A stretch of DNA of 64,000 bases from Harriotta raleighana (Eukaryota): the NCBI GenBank assembly GCA_050575255.1, contig JBNZDD010013718.1, forward strand, positions 6,874,579 to 6,938,578. The letters are read 5' to 3'. Under the pieces are notes generated by a model. It did not search any database, was not told the DNA's origin, and saw nothing but the letters and a program-made list of their open reading frames with translations. Within the stretch, counting starts at the first letter, position 1. The number at the start of each line of letters is the position of its first letter. Made by a program: the position numbers and the translations under genes. This document shows, in pieces, positions 1 to 14,362 of the stretch.

Positions 1-101
1 TGGCAGGCAGAAGGGAGAACTTTTAGAAAAACATGACTTTGCCTTGAAATTCATAGGTGGTGGCACTGGTTATATCTTTTTAGGTTTTTTTTGTTTTACA
101 G

Positions 102-272
102 GGCTTTCTTCTGGCTGGTGTCGTTGTTGATGTCATCCCTTGTGTGGTTCATTGCTGTTCAGATGAGTAACAAGAAAAATGCTTCCTTGCAGAAAGGGCT
201 TCTTATCTTTGGAGTCATTTTATCAGTACTTCTTCAAGAAGCCTTTCGATTTGCTTACTACAAGCTATTGAA
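102..272 (+). CDS. aph1b: Gamma-secretase subunit APH-1B, coding exon 2 (exon 1 lies upstream of the window)
   Basis: tttacag acceptor and AA/gtaaga donor, 171 nt. Encodes AFFWLVSLLMSSLVWF...QEAFRFAYYKLLK, typical APH-1 TM2-3. Confidence 0.96.
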
Positions 273-1981
273 GTAAGAAAATGTTAGCCCACATGTTTAT
301 TTTCAGCAGAGTATTTGTTTTGAGTTAACGATTAACAGATTTTCAGATTAGCAAAATCAAATGTTAGGTTCTTTTCCATTCTTTGTACATGTTTTGCATG
401 TTCTGAGGGTGGGGGGGGAGATTAATAGAATTCTTCAAGAGAAAATTGTGTTGTGTAATGGCATTGTATTAGAATCCTTTAGAAAACCATAACTGAGTTT
501 TGAGTTATGATTATTAACTCTGGACAATATGTTAAGCTTTCCTCTGTGCCCTCTATCCCTTCTTATGAAAGTGGCACTACATAGAATTATAAGCACAGAA
601 CATGGCCATTCAGCCTATCGTGTCTGTGCCAGCTCTTTGAAAACAGCTATCCAAATCATTCCCACACTCTCCCCAGGCCCTGTAAACTTGTCCTCCCAAA
701 ATAATTACCTAATTGGATAACAATCATTTGTTCTAATGCTGCTTACAAATCCCTTATGCTCTCACCCAAATAACCACGTTTATGTGTGAGCCTATCCTTG
801 CAATCATTGTTATTTTAATCCATCACAGACCAGCCCAATGCAACCCTCAACTGATAGCCACACATGCAGAATAGAGATCGAAAGAGGGAAATCCTGTTTA
901 TTTCCTCTTTCCCCTAACTTCTCTATTGCGGGGAAAACACTATCCCAACTGAGATCTAACTTTACACTTTCAGAGTCTTGGGACATCCTCCTCATGTGAA
1001 AGGCACCACAGAAGTGTAATTTTGTTGTTGTTGTTGTTGTGGTAATTACCTAATTGGAATCTAAAGCTAATTACTAGATGATATTTATGCTCTTTCATGT
1101 GGGAGAATTCCCTGTATTTTACTCATGTAAAAAACTCCCTCACAGTTCAATAACTGTGGTTACCAAAAGCCCCATCAGTACCTTGAGAAATTCCCAGTAT
1201 AATCTACCCAGTGTAGTGGATGCTGGAGTAGTACAGTTGATGCTGAAATGCCTCAGTGATCCCAGTCATTGCTCAGATCTCTTAAATGGTGGAAAATATA
1301 GAATCATTGATTGCTCCAGGGCTGTGCAATGTAAAAATCATGTTGGTGACAAATACAACACTCTGGGGTTCCTTTGGGGTGTGGGGATCAGTTTAACATT
1401 CAATAGTTGACAGGCTTTCATAAAATTATGACTGAAAACAAAGTGACCGATTTAATTGTAGGATTGTGATCTTTGTACAGAAACCCTGGAGTATGCTTTA
1501 AAGGGGCTTTTGTCCAAAGAGCTCTATTGTGGCCACTCACTTTAGCCAGTGGCAAGCCTGTCTCTGGATGCTGTTTACAATTGCATCTATGAAAAGCCAT
1601 GATCTCTTTCATATGCATGACAGGTTTTATTTTAAGAAGGAATCCAATTGCAGCAAAATAACTTTGCTTCTAAGACTGTTTACATTTTCAACTGATTTTT
1701 TCAAGTAGCACAACATATATTACATAAGTAGATTTATAAATAAAGTCGTAAATTGCTTGTTAAGCACGCTCTATATCATTCATTCAGAGCTTTTTATCAG
1801 TATAATCTATAAATCCCATATTAAAACTCTGTATATTTATATTTGGGAGGTTTTTTTGTCTGTATTATCATGTTTGTTATTTATGTCTATTATTTGAGAT
1901 CCAGGGGTATAATATTTGTAGATTTGCTATTATAATCGATGTCTTTTGTTAACTTGAATTTTCTGTGGCTGACACTTTCAG

Positions 1982-2055
1982 GAAGGCCAATGAAGGTTTA
2001 TTGGCAATAAGCCGAGAAGAGGTGGTGCCAATTTCCATCAGACAGCTAGCTTATG
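1982..2055 (+). CDS. aph1b: APH-1B coding exon 3
   Basis: tttcag acceptor, G/gtaagg donor, 74 nt. KANEGLLAISREEVVPISIRQLAY, in phase with exons 2 and 4. Confidence 0.95.
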
Positions 2056-2265
2056 GTAAGGTTGAAAAGTAGCCTACTTTTTAAAAGCTGTTTGGACCAA
2101 AGGGTTTCTATTTAAGTAGTGTTAATTTCTTGTGTATGGAATTTGCAAACAAAATGCACAGTCACTGCAATTTAGAGAGCACTCTGTACATTTGGAAACT
2201 TTGCATCATTCTAATTCTAAATTTATGCAATCTATATCCAAGCTTTAAACTTTGATATGCATGGA

Positions 2266-2660
2266 AACAACAATAGCAAAATTACGTTTATATAAGGCCT
2301 TTTACGTCGGGAAGATGTCCCTAGGCGCTGAACCGTCAGGGTTTGGGACCCAAGCATGGGGGAGTGGCAGGGTAGAGGGACTGGATAAGGGAGAGGTGGG
2401 AGGGCGGCAGAAAGCACAATCAAAAAGATGGATTTTGAGACCAGCCTTGAAAGAGGCTGGGGAGGAAGCAAGGCAAAGGGACTGTGGGATGGAGTTCCAC
2501 AGTGGAGCCAGGCGGGGTGGAGAGGTTAATGATAGGTCTGGTGCGGGAGAGAACACGAGCTGCAGATTTTTGGATGATCTGCTTGTGAAGGGAAGAGCTA
2601 GGATGGCCGACAAGGAGGGAGTTTCCGTAGTCAAGCCTTGATGTGACGAATGCATGGGTG
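2266..2660 (-). mobile_element. L2 LINE 3' fragment
   Basis: Minus-strand peptides FVTSRLDYGNSLL and LWNSIPQSL (L2 ORF2 C-terminus), with a (TTG)n-type tail. Confidence 0.85.
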
Positions 2661-3876
2661 GGGAAACATATGATTTGCATGTTATTTCACATTCATTGTT
2701 TTTGGTTTCGAAATACATAAATGCTAAAGTTTTGTTAATTGCTGTGCTGGTTTCTCAGCAGTATTTTATGATTTTCTTTATCACTCTATACTATCTTAAG
2801 TCATTATTATTATTATATGGATTCTCATGACAATTATGCCGCTGAAATATGGGCAACCTCTATCACTCAGGCAGTCTAATGTTCTGTTTGCCTCTACTAT
2901 CACTGTGTTTAAGTAATGATACAAATATCTTAGAGCACACAACCAACCAAAATAAAAAACGATTATCATAAAGGATTGCCGCACTGAAGGCCTTTGCTGT
3001 TGCAGATAGTTTAATGGGTGGTCATCATAGCAGACTTTTGAGTTCAATGTTCAGAGAAGTTTTTTCCAGAATCTTTGACCTCTTGAAAATTCAGTACAAT
3101 AGCTATTTGATGTGAGCTCACTATTACTATTATATCAAGCCACTTCCCTTTGTAATGTTAAAATGATTCCCATGTTAAAATGATTTATTTCACTCCTTCA
3201 GGTACCTGTGTATCACCCACTGTTCCCTGTTCTGGAGACAGGGAAGGGAAGGTAACATAGTCCAGAGCTTCAGCCAATATTGCTGTGTAACCAGCTTCTA
3301 GGAGATGTGCAAAGTAACTTTCTGTTTCCCTCCATGTAGGGGAAGTATTGTATCCATCCTCTGGTTGGAATTTCCCTCATTATGACACCTGGATTTTTTT
3401 AATCTTAATAAGTGAATGCAGAACTTAAACTGTTCTCGATATTTTTGGATTTGTAAATGAGCAAGAATCAAATATTTGCAGCTCAGGTATTTGATTGGAT
3501 TAATATATTCATTGCAGCCCTAAGACTGTCAACTTGTAATTCTTAGGACAATTATTATGGCAACTTGGGTGACTTAACTAAGTGGGGACCAGAAAACTAG
3601 CCAGAGGAATAAATTGCTGAGAAATATGGGTTTAGTTTCAAGATCTTTGTGTAAGCTGTGGCTTCAGCTGAAGAAGGCCTTTCAGTATTCATCTGAAGAA
3701 GGCACTTCAATATACATCAATGATCATTTACGCCCACCTAAAAAGTAATATAATACATCCTCTTTAGCCAGACACTTAAAAGAGCGCACAAGGAATGTGC
3801 CTCAGCAAATTATTAAGTGGCCTGTAATGTAATCGGATTGCACTGATTTTAATTGTGTGTCCGCTAATTTGTACAG

Positions 3877-3999
3877 TTTCAGGCTTGGGCTTTGGCATTA
3901 TGAGTGGAGCCTTCTCAGTAATAAACATCCTCGCTGACTCTCTGGGTCCAGGCATTGTTGGCATTCACGGAGAATCACCATATTACTTTCTTGTTTCAG
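3877..3999 (+). CDS. aph1b: APH-1B coding exon 4
   Basis: gtacag acceptor, G/gtacgt donor, 123 nt. VSGLGFGIMSGAFSVINILADSLGPGIVGIHGESPYYFLVS, with the TM4 GxxxGxxxG motif. Confidence 0.96.
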
Positions 4000-5250
4000 G
4001 TACGTGAACAGCTGCATTACGTTTAATAACTAAAACAGAGATAGTTACGTTTATGATGCAAACGAGTTCTTCTGTCACGGTCTGACCTGTGGTGAATATC
4101 AGACAAGTCAATCTACTCTGGTGTCATCACTTTCTGCCGCTTTGAGGACACTTGTCCAATATTTCTGGAGGATTGTTAGCTTGGCAGAGCACTGGGAAAA
4201 ATTCCCTTCTCTTTTCAAGTTATTCCAAATGATCTTTGACATCCACCTTAACAGGTCTTGGTGTAATGAGAATGCAACACTCCCCTCTTTATGGCTCTGT
4301 AGGACCAGCATGGACTGAAAGCTCAAGTTGTGATTGAGTGCTTGAACCTGGAATGTTTCAGTCCAGCGTCAAGGGACAAACTTCTGAGCCGAACTAACAC
4401 CAATTGTATGCTGTAATTTGTTAACATACATTGAGCTGCAGAGGGCAGTATAACACCTCAAATGCCTTTCAAATACAATTTGGGAGCAATTTAAATTAAT
4501 TCCTGTCAAACTCCAGATCCGCTTACATAAGGCAGATTTTCCCCAAAAAGAAGACATTACATTTCAGAAGGAATGTGCAGTGCAGAATGGAAAGAAACAG
4601 ACTCATTCTCCGGTTTCCTGTTTATATCTAGTGTTGGCTGCATTGTTGGGAGATTATGGTAACCACTTGGCCAATTTCCCCACAGGCATTGCCTTTATTT
4701 TTCTTAAACCTGCAAAAGAGACTACAGAAAACTCTGGAAAACTCCATCCCAAGTTCTCAGTCTAGATTCCACTGCTGCTGTGTTCTGTGTTCACACAGTT
4801 CTTCTCAGCTGAAGTGTGACTTTTCAAAAGAGCCGGGACAGGCATGATGGACCAAATAGCCTCCTTCTGTGTTGTAATATTCTATGTTTTTATCAATCAG
4901 TCTTGCCCTTCCACCAAACTGGTTTGTCTGAATTCAGAAATATGTAGCAATGGGAGGCTCCAATTAAACCCATCAATGCATGGTTATTTCCTCACTGGTT
5001 GGATACACAACCAGTATATTGTGGCTGTGAACATAGCCTGGAGCTTAGAGAGTATTATTTTTGTGAGGCCGAGAAAAGCAATCAACAGAACGAATATAAA
5101 CCATCTCCTGGAATGGTGAGTAATAGGGTGGTTACCTACATGGTTACCCAAATAGCAAACCAGAGATACCTGTGTTTCATTTGTTTGTTTCATTTTTAAA
5201 ATCCTAGACTCCTAATGAGAAAACAACAAAATGAATCATTTTTGTTCTAG

Positions 5251-5378
5251 CATTTATGACTCTGGCCATCATTCTGCTGCACATGTTCTGGGGAATAATT
5301 TTCTTTGACGCCTGTGAGAAGAAAAAATGGTGGGCAGTGGCAGCAGTTGTCGTGAGTCACCTGTTAGTGTCCAGCGTG
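5251..5378 (+). CDS. aph1b: APH-1B coding exon 5
   Basis: ttctag acceptor, GTG/gtaaga donor, 128 nt. AFMTLAIILLHMFWGIIFFDACEKKKWW...VSHLLVSSV, with both conserved intramembrane His residues. Confidence 0.96.
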
Positions 5379-6020
5379 GTAAGACGTACTCTAATTTTTG
5401 GGAATGTCAGCCTTCTGTTATATTACATTATATTTCAAATGCAAGATTATTTTATTTGTTTTGGGGTTCTTTTTGCTTTTCTCATATTCATCTATATTGT
5501 TGTTAAATGGTGGATCTGATGAACTGTCTTGTTAAATTAGAAGCACGATTGACTCAATGAGCTGTGTACCCATAGTACTTTAATCCATTATACAAGATTT
5601 CTAAAGTCACAATGGGAACATTTCATTATTCTTCCTTGTGTTTAATGCACACTGAGTAGAGTCCTGTATCTTAGTGGTTAGATTACCCACCTAGGAAGTG
5701 AGAGGGTGGATTGCTTCCTTTCTCCACTTGCCCCTGTTTACCTAGCAGTAAGTAGAAATCCAATATAATCTCTTCAACAAAAAATTGTTTTTGTCACGCA
5801 ATCCATAACTGTTTCTGGGACACTGCTGTGCGCAATCGGCTGCTACGTTTTGACCACAAAAATGTACAGTAAATCACTTTACTATGAAGCGCTTTGAGAC
5901 GTCTCGAATATGTGATCAGGCGCTATATCAAATGCAAGGATTATTATTACTGTTTCAGGATTGTGCAATGGTGCATTGATAAATATTATACATGTGTTTT
6001 TTCTTATCCTCTTCATACAG

Positions 6021-6188
6021 ACATTTGTGAATCCTCAGTATGAAGGAAGCCTTATACCGGCATACATTGTTTTGTTTGTCATGGGCACCTGGGCGTTTAT
6101 TACTGCTGGGGGCTCAGTTCGGAATCTCAAACTTTGTGTAACCTGCAGCGATAAAGACTTTCTTTTGGCGAACCACAGAACCAGATAA
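6021..6188 (+). CDS. aph1b: APH-1B last coding exon (stop TAA 6186-6188)
   Basis: catacag acceptor. TFVNPQYEGSLIPAY...GGSVRNLKLCVTCSDKDFLLANHRTR*, a C-terminus of the fish Aph1b type. Adjacency to ca12 supports the B paralogue. Confidence 0.94.
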   Translation, partial: TFVNPQYEGSLIPAYIVLFVMGTWAFITAGGSVRNLKLCVTCSDKDFLLANHRTR

Positions 6189-6319
6189 TGTTCGGAAACC
6201 AAAATTCTCTTTCAGCACTACTGTCATTGATGAAGGAGGCAGAATCTGGAATACTGTAGAGTCCAATACAATGTGTATTGAACTCCCCCCTCCCTCCCAT
6301 ATTACATATTGGTGTATTT

Positions 6320-6325
6320 AATAAA
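6320..6325 (+). promoter_or_regulatory. Candidate polyadenylation signal for aph1b
   Basis: First AATAAA about 130 nt after the stop codon. More distal sites are possible. Confidence 0.4.
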
Positions 6326-9300
6326 TTCTGTGATTTAAACTTAGCTCAGGGCACACTGTGTACATCCAGAATGACTCTTCTCTGTTTATAATTCTGTATG
6401 CCTATAGCTAGTGTAGCCAGAATATGAATGTCTTAACTGATTTGCTGGCCTGGTGGCTTTATGCTGGTGCTATTGATGTGGCGGCTGCTTTGTGTTGATG
6501 TTATATGAAGAAGATTCAAAACTGTAGAGATTCATGTCATCCAGATTACATTTGTTCAAATCTCTACGTTTCTGATAATGCAGGGTTAAAATTAACAGTT
6601 GTGAAGCTCCTTTTTCAGTGAATTAGTTTTCAAATGTTTTTCAGTCAAATGTATGACTTCACTGGAAGTTTAACTTATTTTAGAAAATACTGTATTTTTT
6701 TTGGACAGTTCTTTACAAATACTGTAACTTGGGAAGTGTTTTTATATATTATGTAGCTTTATCAGGATTGAAGACCAAACTATTTCTCAAAGCCAAAATT
6801 GCAGCCTTTGAATTTATATAAGTGGTTGATTTTGTACTGGAACAAATATGTACATTTTGCTCTGTTTGTAAAATCTAGGTTATTTAATTATTGTTATTAC
6901 TAAATATTTAATATGCTGATACATTTTTTTTTCTTTCAATCAATATATAGTATCTGGCTAATGTACTAATAATATGGATAGATAGTTACATGCTGAATAT
7001 ACCCCAGTGCCGTAACACGAAATAATTGATTTTTATTACATAGCTGTCTCAGGCTTTTAGCATTAAAGTGTTCAAATTCACTTTAATTCTCATTGAGCTT
7101 TCTGAAATGAAATGTACAAATATACAAAACTGAAAAAAACAATTACTGTACAATGTAGTTTACTGGTCTCATTTTCTAAATGCGAATGTTCTGTCATATT
7201 CTGCCAAGTGTCTGTGTTGAGGAAATCACTATGCTTAAGAATATCCAAACTGGACTGAGAATTCCAATTATTATATTACCCCAGCCACTACTGATTTGAA
7301 TGTGAATGGTAGACTTGAATTTTGCTGGCATGTTTGCACCTTTTATCAGTAACAGACAATTAACCTGCATTATATCTAGCACCCGGATGCATTAATTTGC
7401 ATTTTGCACATGAAATGCTGTAATCGAGTGCAATTTGTCTGTTTAGTTACAAGTCTCTAGAAATCTCTTTTATGTCAACCTCTAATCTAGCATTAGTTTG
7501 TAAACATATTGTTCTTACATTAGTGCATTAATAGACAAATATAGCACGACGGCCAATCCAATTGTAATAATTACCTTTTATTTCTTATGTTTGTAAGGCA
7601 ATTATTGCCAAGTCTAGTATGATGGAGTTTATCAGCTGCCCTCTGAAAATGAAATTGGAACATTTTGCGTTATCCAGCAGCTCTATTACATTCTTTGAGG
7701 ATTACAATGACTGACAGGAGTGAACCCATATTGACATAGATTTATTGTTTTTATTTTCCCTGATATTCTCATTGCTCCCTTTGTAACTTCTCAATGTTTT
7801 TCTGCTGCAAATAATAAGATAACTCAGCTGTTATTCCCGGAGTCATGTGTCTGATTTTATTTAAATGCTGACAACAGTTCTGTAAAATGTTCAAGTCTTT
7901 TAATACTGATTCTGGTCATGAATTGTGGAAATTTCTGCTACAGCATTTTCACTTCATTGCACAAATGTGTATGTAATCAAAATCTACCGAAAACAGAAAG
8001 GGTTTTGCTACTTGTTCATTATGTGGTTAGACCGTTTACAGTAAGAATGTAATTGTCTTCATCAAAAGAAGCTTATTGATTTAACAGTGCTGTGAGTTTA
8101 TTACACAGGGTGAGCAACTGAACATTTTAGAGATTCACTGTGATTCATAATTGCAGTTTAATGTTGTCATATGATGTTGTAGCTAGTCCAGTAAATCAAC
8201 CCAGCATTTCTTTGAGTTTGTATATGCTGGTACACAGAACTTTTGGTGGTTTTACTATTTTGCTGACAACTCTTGACAAAACCTGATTTTCAAACAATTT
8301 TTGCACTTAAAAGATTTTTCCAGTCAATCGAGTTCTCTGCATCTTTTCAAATATAACATGCTCCCTCTGCTCAGCGGAATCTGGTCTGTTCCATGCCCAT
8401 GACCTATTCCATGTTCCTACCATTCCCACCATCGGTCAGGTCTTTCTGCCCCCACCCTTTGGAACTCCATCTTACAGTCCCTTCGCTGGATCTCGCCCCT
8501 TCCCTTGCCTCCTACATGGCCCATTTCAAGAACTTCATCTTTGACCATGCCTTTGTTCACCCTCCTACTTCCACCACTCCTGATCCCAACCCCCAGCTTG
8601 GGTGCAAATCCAGAACTGTTCAGGGCCTTGGGACTTTAAAACAGATTTCTGAGAAGAGGACACTGAATTGAACTTAATACTGTATAATGTTTTTCTTTCT
8701 CTCCACTTCCAAACCTGCAACCTTGCTAAGCACTATTCGCAATTAAGAATTCTGAAATATATCTCGGTAACAGAACTAAAATAGTTATGGTAACACCTAG
8801 CAACAAACAGTGGTACAGATTTCAATTACTTCCAAAACTAAATTATATCTAATCTCACACTGAGAGGCATGTTGCTGCATATGCATCTTCAATGATTCAC
8901 TGCTCGGTAACTCAATTGTGTTTTTAATGTTATTTGCAATTCCAGTAAAAAAAGAACAAGACTAATAAGTGATGCACCTCAACAGAATTACTTTTGTAGA
9001 GAGCCTTTCACATCATGAGGACATTCCAAGGTGCTGAACAGTTGGGTCAAGACCCCAGCATGGGGGGTGAGGCAGGATTGGGGTGAGGGAGGGCAAAGAG
9101 GTAGCACTGCCGGCTGAAGGTACTGTGTTGAGTCTGATCTTGAAGGACCTCAACATTCTTGAAATGAATGGACCAAAATTGAACCTAGTACTGTACTCCA
9201 ATTGTAGTCTAAAACATTAGGAGATTTTATTATTTTAACAGACTCAATATCTGGACAGTAAAGTGTTTCTCTTAACTCATGAAAATGTGAAATTGGTTCT

Positions 9301-9419
9301 GAGCGTCCTGCTCCATGAACACACTGCTACACACTCAAAAGGTTTCACTGGCCCCTGCATTGGCTTCTCGATGGTCCCTGGCTAGCCTATCTCTTGTCAT
9401 TTAAGACACCTAATATTAT

Positions 9420-9705
9420 TGTGGAATGGTTAGAGCATGCGCCTCGCAAGCAAGAGACCTGGGTTTGATTCCTGACGGGGCAAAACCTTGGGCAAATTTC
9501 CTTACTTCACACGCCTAATAATAATCTCTCAAAAAAAACTAATAATTTACTCAATCCATGATTGTGGGACACTGCTGTGCGCAATTGACAGCTGTGTTTC
9601 GCCCACAAGCATACAATCAATTTACTTTACCGTATATTCTGTGAAGTTCTTTGAGATGTCTAAAAGATGTGAAAAGCGCTATATCAAATGCATGTTTTAT
9701 TATTA
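9420..9705 (+). mobile_element. tRNA-derived SINE (Deu-like core, L2-type tail)
   Basis: tRNA-like head (TGGTTAGAGC, GGTTTGATTCC), GGGACACTGCTGTGCGCAATTG core, AAAAGCGCTATATCAAATGCA plus (TTA)n tail. Confidence 0.85.
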
Positions 9706-12563
9706 TCTATGGGTACTATCCCTCATGCATTCACTGCAGCTTCTGTGTCTTTGGGTTCAGACAAGTGGGTTATAAAGACTAATGGCTGGCAAGTTTTAAG
9801 GTAACTAAAATGAACATTCAAAATAATTGCAGCGTGTATGTTAGTACCTGTGGTTTGCTGACTTTTTGTGTTCACCAGGTGTTAGTAAATGGGACTTCTT
9901 ATTTCGGTTTTGGCACATGGTATAATTATCCACCACTCAGTTGAACGTAGACAAGCTGCGGACAGAAACTCCTTGACAATCAAGACGGAATTTGATAGCT
10001 ATTCGGCAAAAAATAAGTTGATTAAAGGATATGAGAGAAAGATGGTGCATGACTTTCTTTCAGGCATGTGAACCACAGTGGTGTTTTGTCTTTATGGATA
10101 GTTTCCTGCTGTTAACTTGTATCCATTGGAAAGTCAACCAAAAAGATAGTCGCCTTTTTTTTCCAATAGATTGTTTAGAGAGGCTGGATCTGCCAAAGAT
10201 CAAAGGACTGAACCCAACTGCAGCTCAAAGATAAAAATACAGTACTACTTTCAGTTTTGATCTCAGTTCTTTCTTCAAATTGATTGCTACAAAATCCTGT
10301 CTTGATTCATCGGGATTGATTCAAACCACTTTTAAAGCAACTTATTCCTTCTATTTCTATGATTTCTCAAACATCGTAATCTCAATTCATCAAATGTAAG
10401 CTTTTTTCCCCTCGCAGTCTCTATGTTAATGTGCCGCTTACAAATTAGTTATTACAATGATTGATTGATTCATGAATTAATTAATTTACATATCATTAGA
10501 AATAGTTGAGAGCGTGTTTATGATCTGCATTGAAGGAATTCAGTGCCACATAGAGATATTAAAGAAGATATCTTATTTTAAAACTGTTTGGAGGCAGAAA
10601 CAACTGTTATTGTATTGGTCCATATAAATGTGTATTTGTGAGCTTGGAGTTCATTGAAAAATAATTTTAATGTGATTTGATATTTATTTAATCATAAATG
10701 ATGTAATCTAAAGCAATATTTTAGCAGATCATGCAAAAATCATTGAATATTTATTCTGGTTTGTATTAGAATACATTCTTGAAAACTGCAAGGTAACTGT
10801 TAGTATACTGTCAGTTAAAGGATTAAAATAAATGATAATAAATGAACCATGGTATTTGTATCTAGTCACACTTTGTTGAAGATGTTGATCTGAAACAGTT
10901 GGTATTTTGTTTCAGGATAATGATATCCAGGTGTAAATTTCCCTCAAAGTTCAACGTAAGGCAGGGATCCACATTAATCTGTATATTTTTTGTTCACAGA
11001 GCTGGAGGTTTTATTCATGCATTACAAGTGATATCCCAGTAAAATCTAAAGTATCAAAATGATGTGTTGGCTTTAGTCAATCAGCAGCTGGACCCCAGGA
11101 ATTTTGAAATGCTTTGAATAAATATTTTATGAATGAGAACTTGAGAGTGAATATAAATAAATCATGGTTAGCCATCTCCAACGATTCAAGGAATTAAACT
11201 GGCGTTTGAGTGGCTGTAAACATGAAGAGGTTAGACATTATGTGAATTAATCAAGTGAATGTAACTTGACAATTTCCTTAAAGTTTTATAAAATCTGAGG
11301 CAACAGGACAAAGAAGGGAAATTCAATTGAATGGCAAATGAAACCAACTCTACAAGTCTATGGCAAAAGTTGCTTGGAAAACGAGTGCAATACATTTATC
11401 CCCCTGTGTGACTGCATCGACAGCATGTTTCAAAGCAGAGTTGAGAATGAAGATTGTCAGAAGTGTGATAAATTCCTCTGAAGATTTTAAATAGAAGGCG
11501 AAAGGAGGTTCCATGTGATGTTTATAAGAACCACTCTATCCTAAAGTGTTCTGAGAAAAACACAGGTAAAACACATTTCTTAATTTGACTTTCTACTAGT
11601 TTTAAGAACTGCTTGTCTGAGCATATTGTACACCGAAAAAAATAAGTGTAAAGTTTCTTATTTTTTAGTGTTTTCAAAGAAAACTCAGGGGAAAAAAACT
11701 GTCAGCACAGCATTAGATACACTTATAAAACCTGGACGTACTACTCACAAAATTGGCAGTGACACAATGACTGAGGGGAAGGAAAAGTGAACTCTCAGGA
11801 ATTTTGGTTCTTTCCAACCTGCAGAAATAAGGTGGAGGGAGGCCATTATCATTATTTGATTCCATTCCCCATTTTAGCAAAGTGAGAAATAAAGGATGTT
11901 GCCAACTGTTTACCAACTATTGGCCATTGTGACTAAACTCTGATTTTACGATATTTGATGGGTACACTAATATTCTTTAAATCTTCTGAGAAAAATCTGT
12001 ATCATGAATAATAGCCAAATCAGTTGGAATGAGTCATCTGGATATAGGATCTTTTATATTTAACCAGAATAGTGAAACTGCTAATCAGAAAAGCACTAAA
12101 GCACATAATTAATAGTTGAACTGGGAGACTGGAATATGTGTATATTTTTTAATGGCCAAAATTTATGTTGTGAAATAATATTTTTTTAAATTTACAAATG
12201 CTGATGTAGATATTATCTCTGATTGACTTATTATTTGTTGTTGCCTACCTTTGTTTTGAAGTACTGTACTGGTATGAAGCTAGTTGAGTTTTACGAATGA
12301 CATTTGTTAAGTTTTCTGAAATGTTTTTGGAATTGTTAGTGTTCTTTACCAATAATGCACAAATTATTCATTGATTTGACATTTTCAGAGCATTGCAAGG
12401 GTTTGACGCAAGCCGTGCATAACTCAACCCTCTACCAATGAGAACAGGATCACCCTACACTATTATAATTGACATATTTAATTGGCATGTTAATCTTGCC
12501 TTTCTAGAGTGTAAAGTACATCTCTGAGGCAGCTGAAATAAGTGCTGTCAATACAGTAATGCA

Positions 12564-12868
12564 GTGGGAGTCCTGCAGCTCAGTGGTTAGAGCACTCAGC
12601 TTACAAGCAAGAAACCTGGGTTTGATTCCAGGCAGGACGAAACATTGAGCAAGTTTCTTTACTCCGTATGCCTAATAATCCCTCGAAAAAATATCATAAA
12701 TTGGTCAAATCAATCCACGACTGTTTGGTTGGGCACTGCTGTGCGCGATTGGCTGCCGCGTTCTCCCACAAATATACAGTGAAATCACTTTTCAGTATAT
12801 TCTGTGAAGCGTTTTAAGACATCTAGAAGACATGAAAAGTGCTATATCAAATGCAAAGATTATTATTA
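12564..12868 (+). mobile_element. tRNA-derived SINE, full length
   Basis: A box CAGCTCAGTGG, B box GGTTTGATTCC, shared core and tail. Confidence 0.9.
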
Positions 12869-13555
12869 ATCTGTTTACTTAAAGAGAGCTAGGAAAATGT
12901 CTATATGTCTGAACTATTTAATTTCCAGTTATTGTTAGTAGATGATCTCATTAGATGGAATGTTTAGTTCCCCATGAAGGACAATAACACAGGACTAGAT
13001 GTTGTTCAGAGTGATCATTCAAGCACTCTATTTTGTCAACCATTATTATTTAAAAGTTTGAGAACCACATATGGATTGATGAGATGAGACACAGCCATTA
13101 CATAACTCAAAAAGAAAATGAAGTGGCAAATATAAGACTCATTGTACCAGAAGATGAGTGAATATATGTTAGTATAAAGAGTACGGAGAGAGACAATGGC
13201 TTATGGGGAGGAAGTCTCCAGGGCAACCTTGATGAGCCAAATAGCCTGTTTGTAGTGTAATAATTAAATTTTATGTTTCAGAAGCTAGAAGCACTCTGTG
13301 CAGACTACTACGTGAACCAAAGCTTTCTTTGTTTCTGCTCCTGAAGGCAAAGCACACAATATTTGTCTTACAATATCCAAGAGTAAGAACTTTGTTAATG
13401 TTTCCTTAAAGCACCAAATGCAAGGATTATTAATATTATTCAAATTAATGGTCATCCAGCCAGGTAGGATGTTCTCAAAATCAGTGTGAGGTATCTTTTA
13501 AAATTAAGCCTTCATTTTCCATATACTGTAGTTCTGTTGGGTTAGAGTTAATTAA

Positions 13556-13865
13556 GGAGTCCTGTAGCTTTGATTAGAGCATGCCTTGTAAGTAGCTTGC
13601 CTTGTAAGCAAAAGACCTGGGTTCAATTCCTTGCAGGGTAAAACCTTGGGCAAGTTTCCTTACTTCACACGCCTGATAATAATCCCTCGAAAATAAACAA
13701 TAATAAATTGATCACTTCAATCCACGACTGCTGTACGCAATTAGCTGCCGTGTTTTGTCCACAAATGTACAGTCAATTCAGTTTACAGCATATTCTATGA
13801 AGCACTTTGGGATGTCTAGAAGACATGAAAAGTGCTCTATGAAATGCAAGATTATTATTATTATT
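13556..13865 (+). mobile_element. tRNA-derived SINE
   Basis: Same family. Short internal duplication (tgccttgtaag) in the head. Confidence 0.88.
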
Positions 13866-14362
13866 GATGGAGAATCCATTTGATCTATTTTATCACTTAT
13901 GCTGTGCGATGCTGCATTTGGTTTAGGCAATATCTGCTGAAAGCTTACCACACATGACTTTTCTCAGATAGAAGCAAAATAGTTCAATTACATTGTTAAA
14001 AAAAACTAGTTAATTACCAGTAATAACTTTGTTTTTTTGTTTCCTCTATTTACTATGAAATCAAATTAGCCACCCACTAATGTGGTTTCTGAAGCAAATT
14101 GTCTCTGCATCCTCTCTATATGATTCATTTCTAATGAAGTCATTGGGACAAACATTTGAAGAATAAATGTATGAAATATTTGGCGGAATCAAGTCACAAG
14201 ATCAGAAAATTGCTTTGGATGAAAAAAGCCATTTCGCTCATCTGATTTTACTCCCTCCAGAATATCCACTCTTTATCATCTTCCCATCACAGAATCAAGA
14301 TGCTATTTAAATAAGTCATGTCCTGGCCTAAACCACTATTTCTGACAATGTGTTGCAGTTGT

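Noticed and set aside
2232-2718. Cluster of overlapping ORFs
   Set aside because: All derive from an L2 3' fragment in aph1b intron 3.
10900-11000. Exon-like AG/GT pattern between aph1b and ca12
   Set aside because: The implied intron is only about 44 nt, the peptide is not recognisable, and the acceptor lies in repeat-like sequence.
12564-12640. tRNA-like sequence with A and B boxes (also near 23100-23173 and 44160-44232)
   Set aside because: These are SINE heads continuous with the core and tail, and lack a proper acceptor stem.
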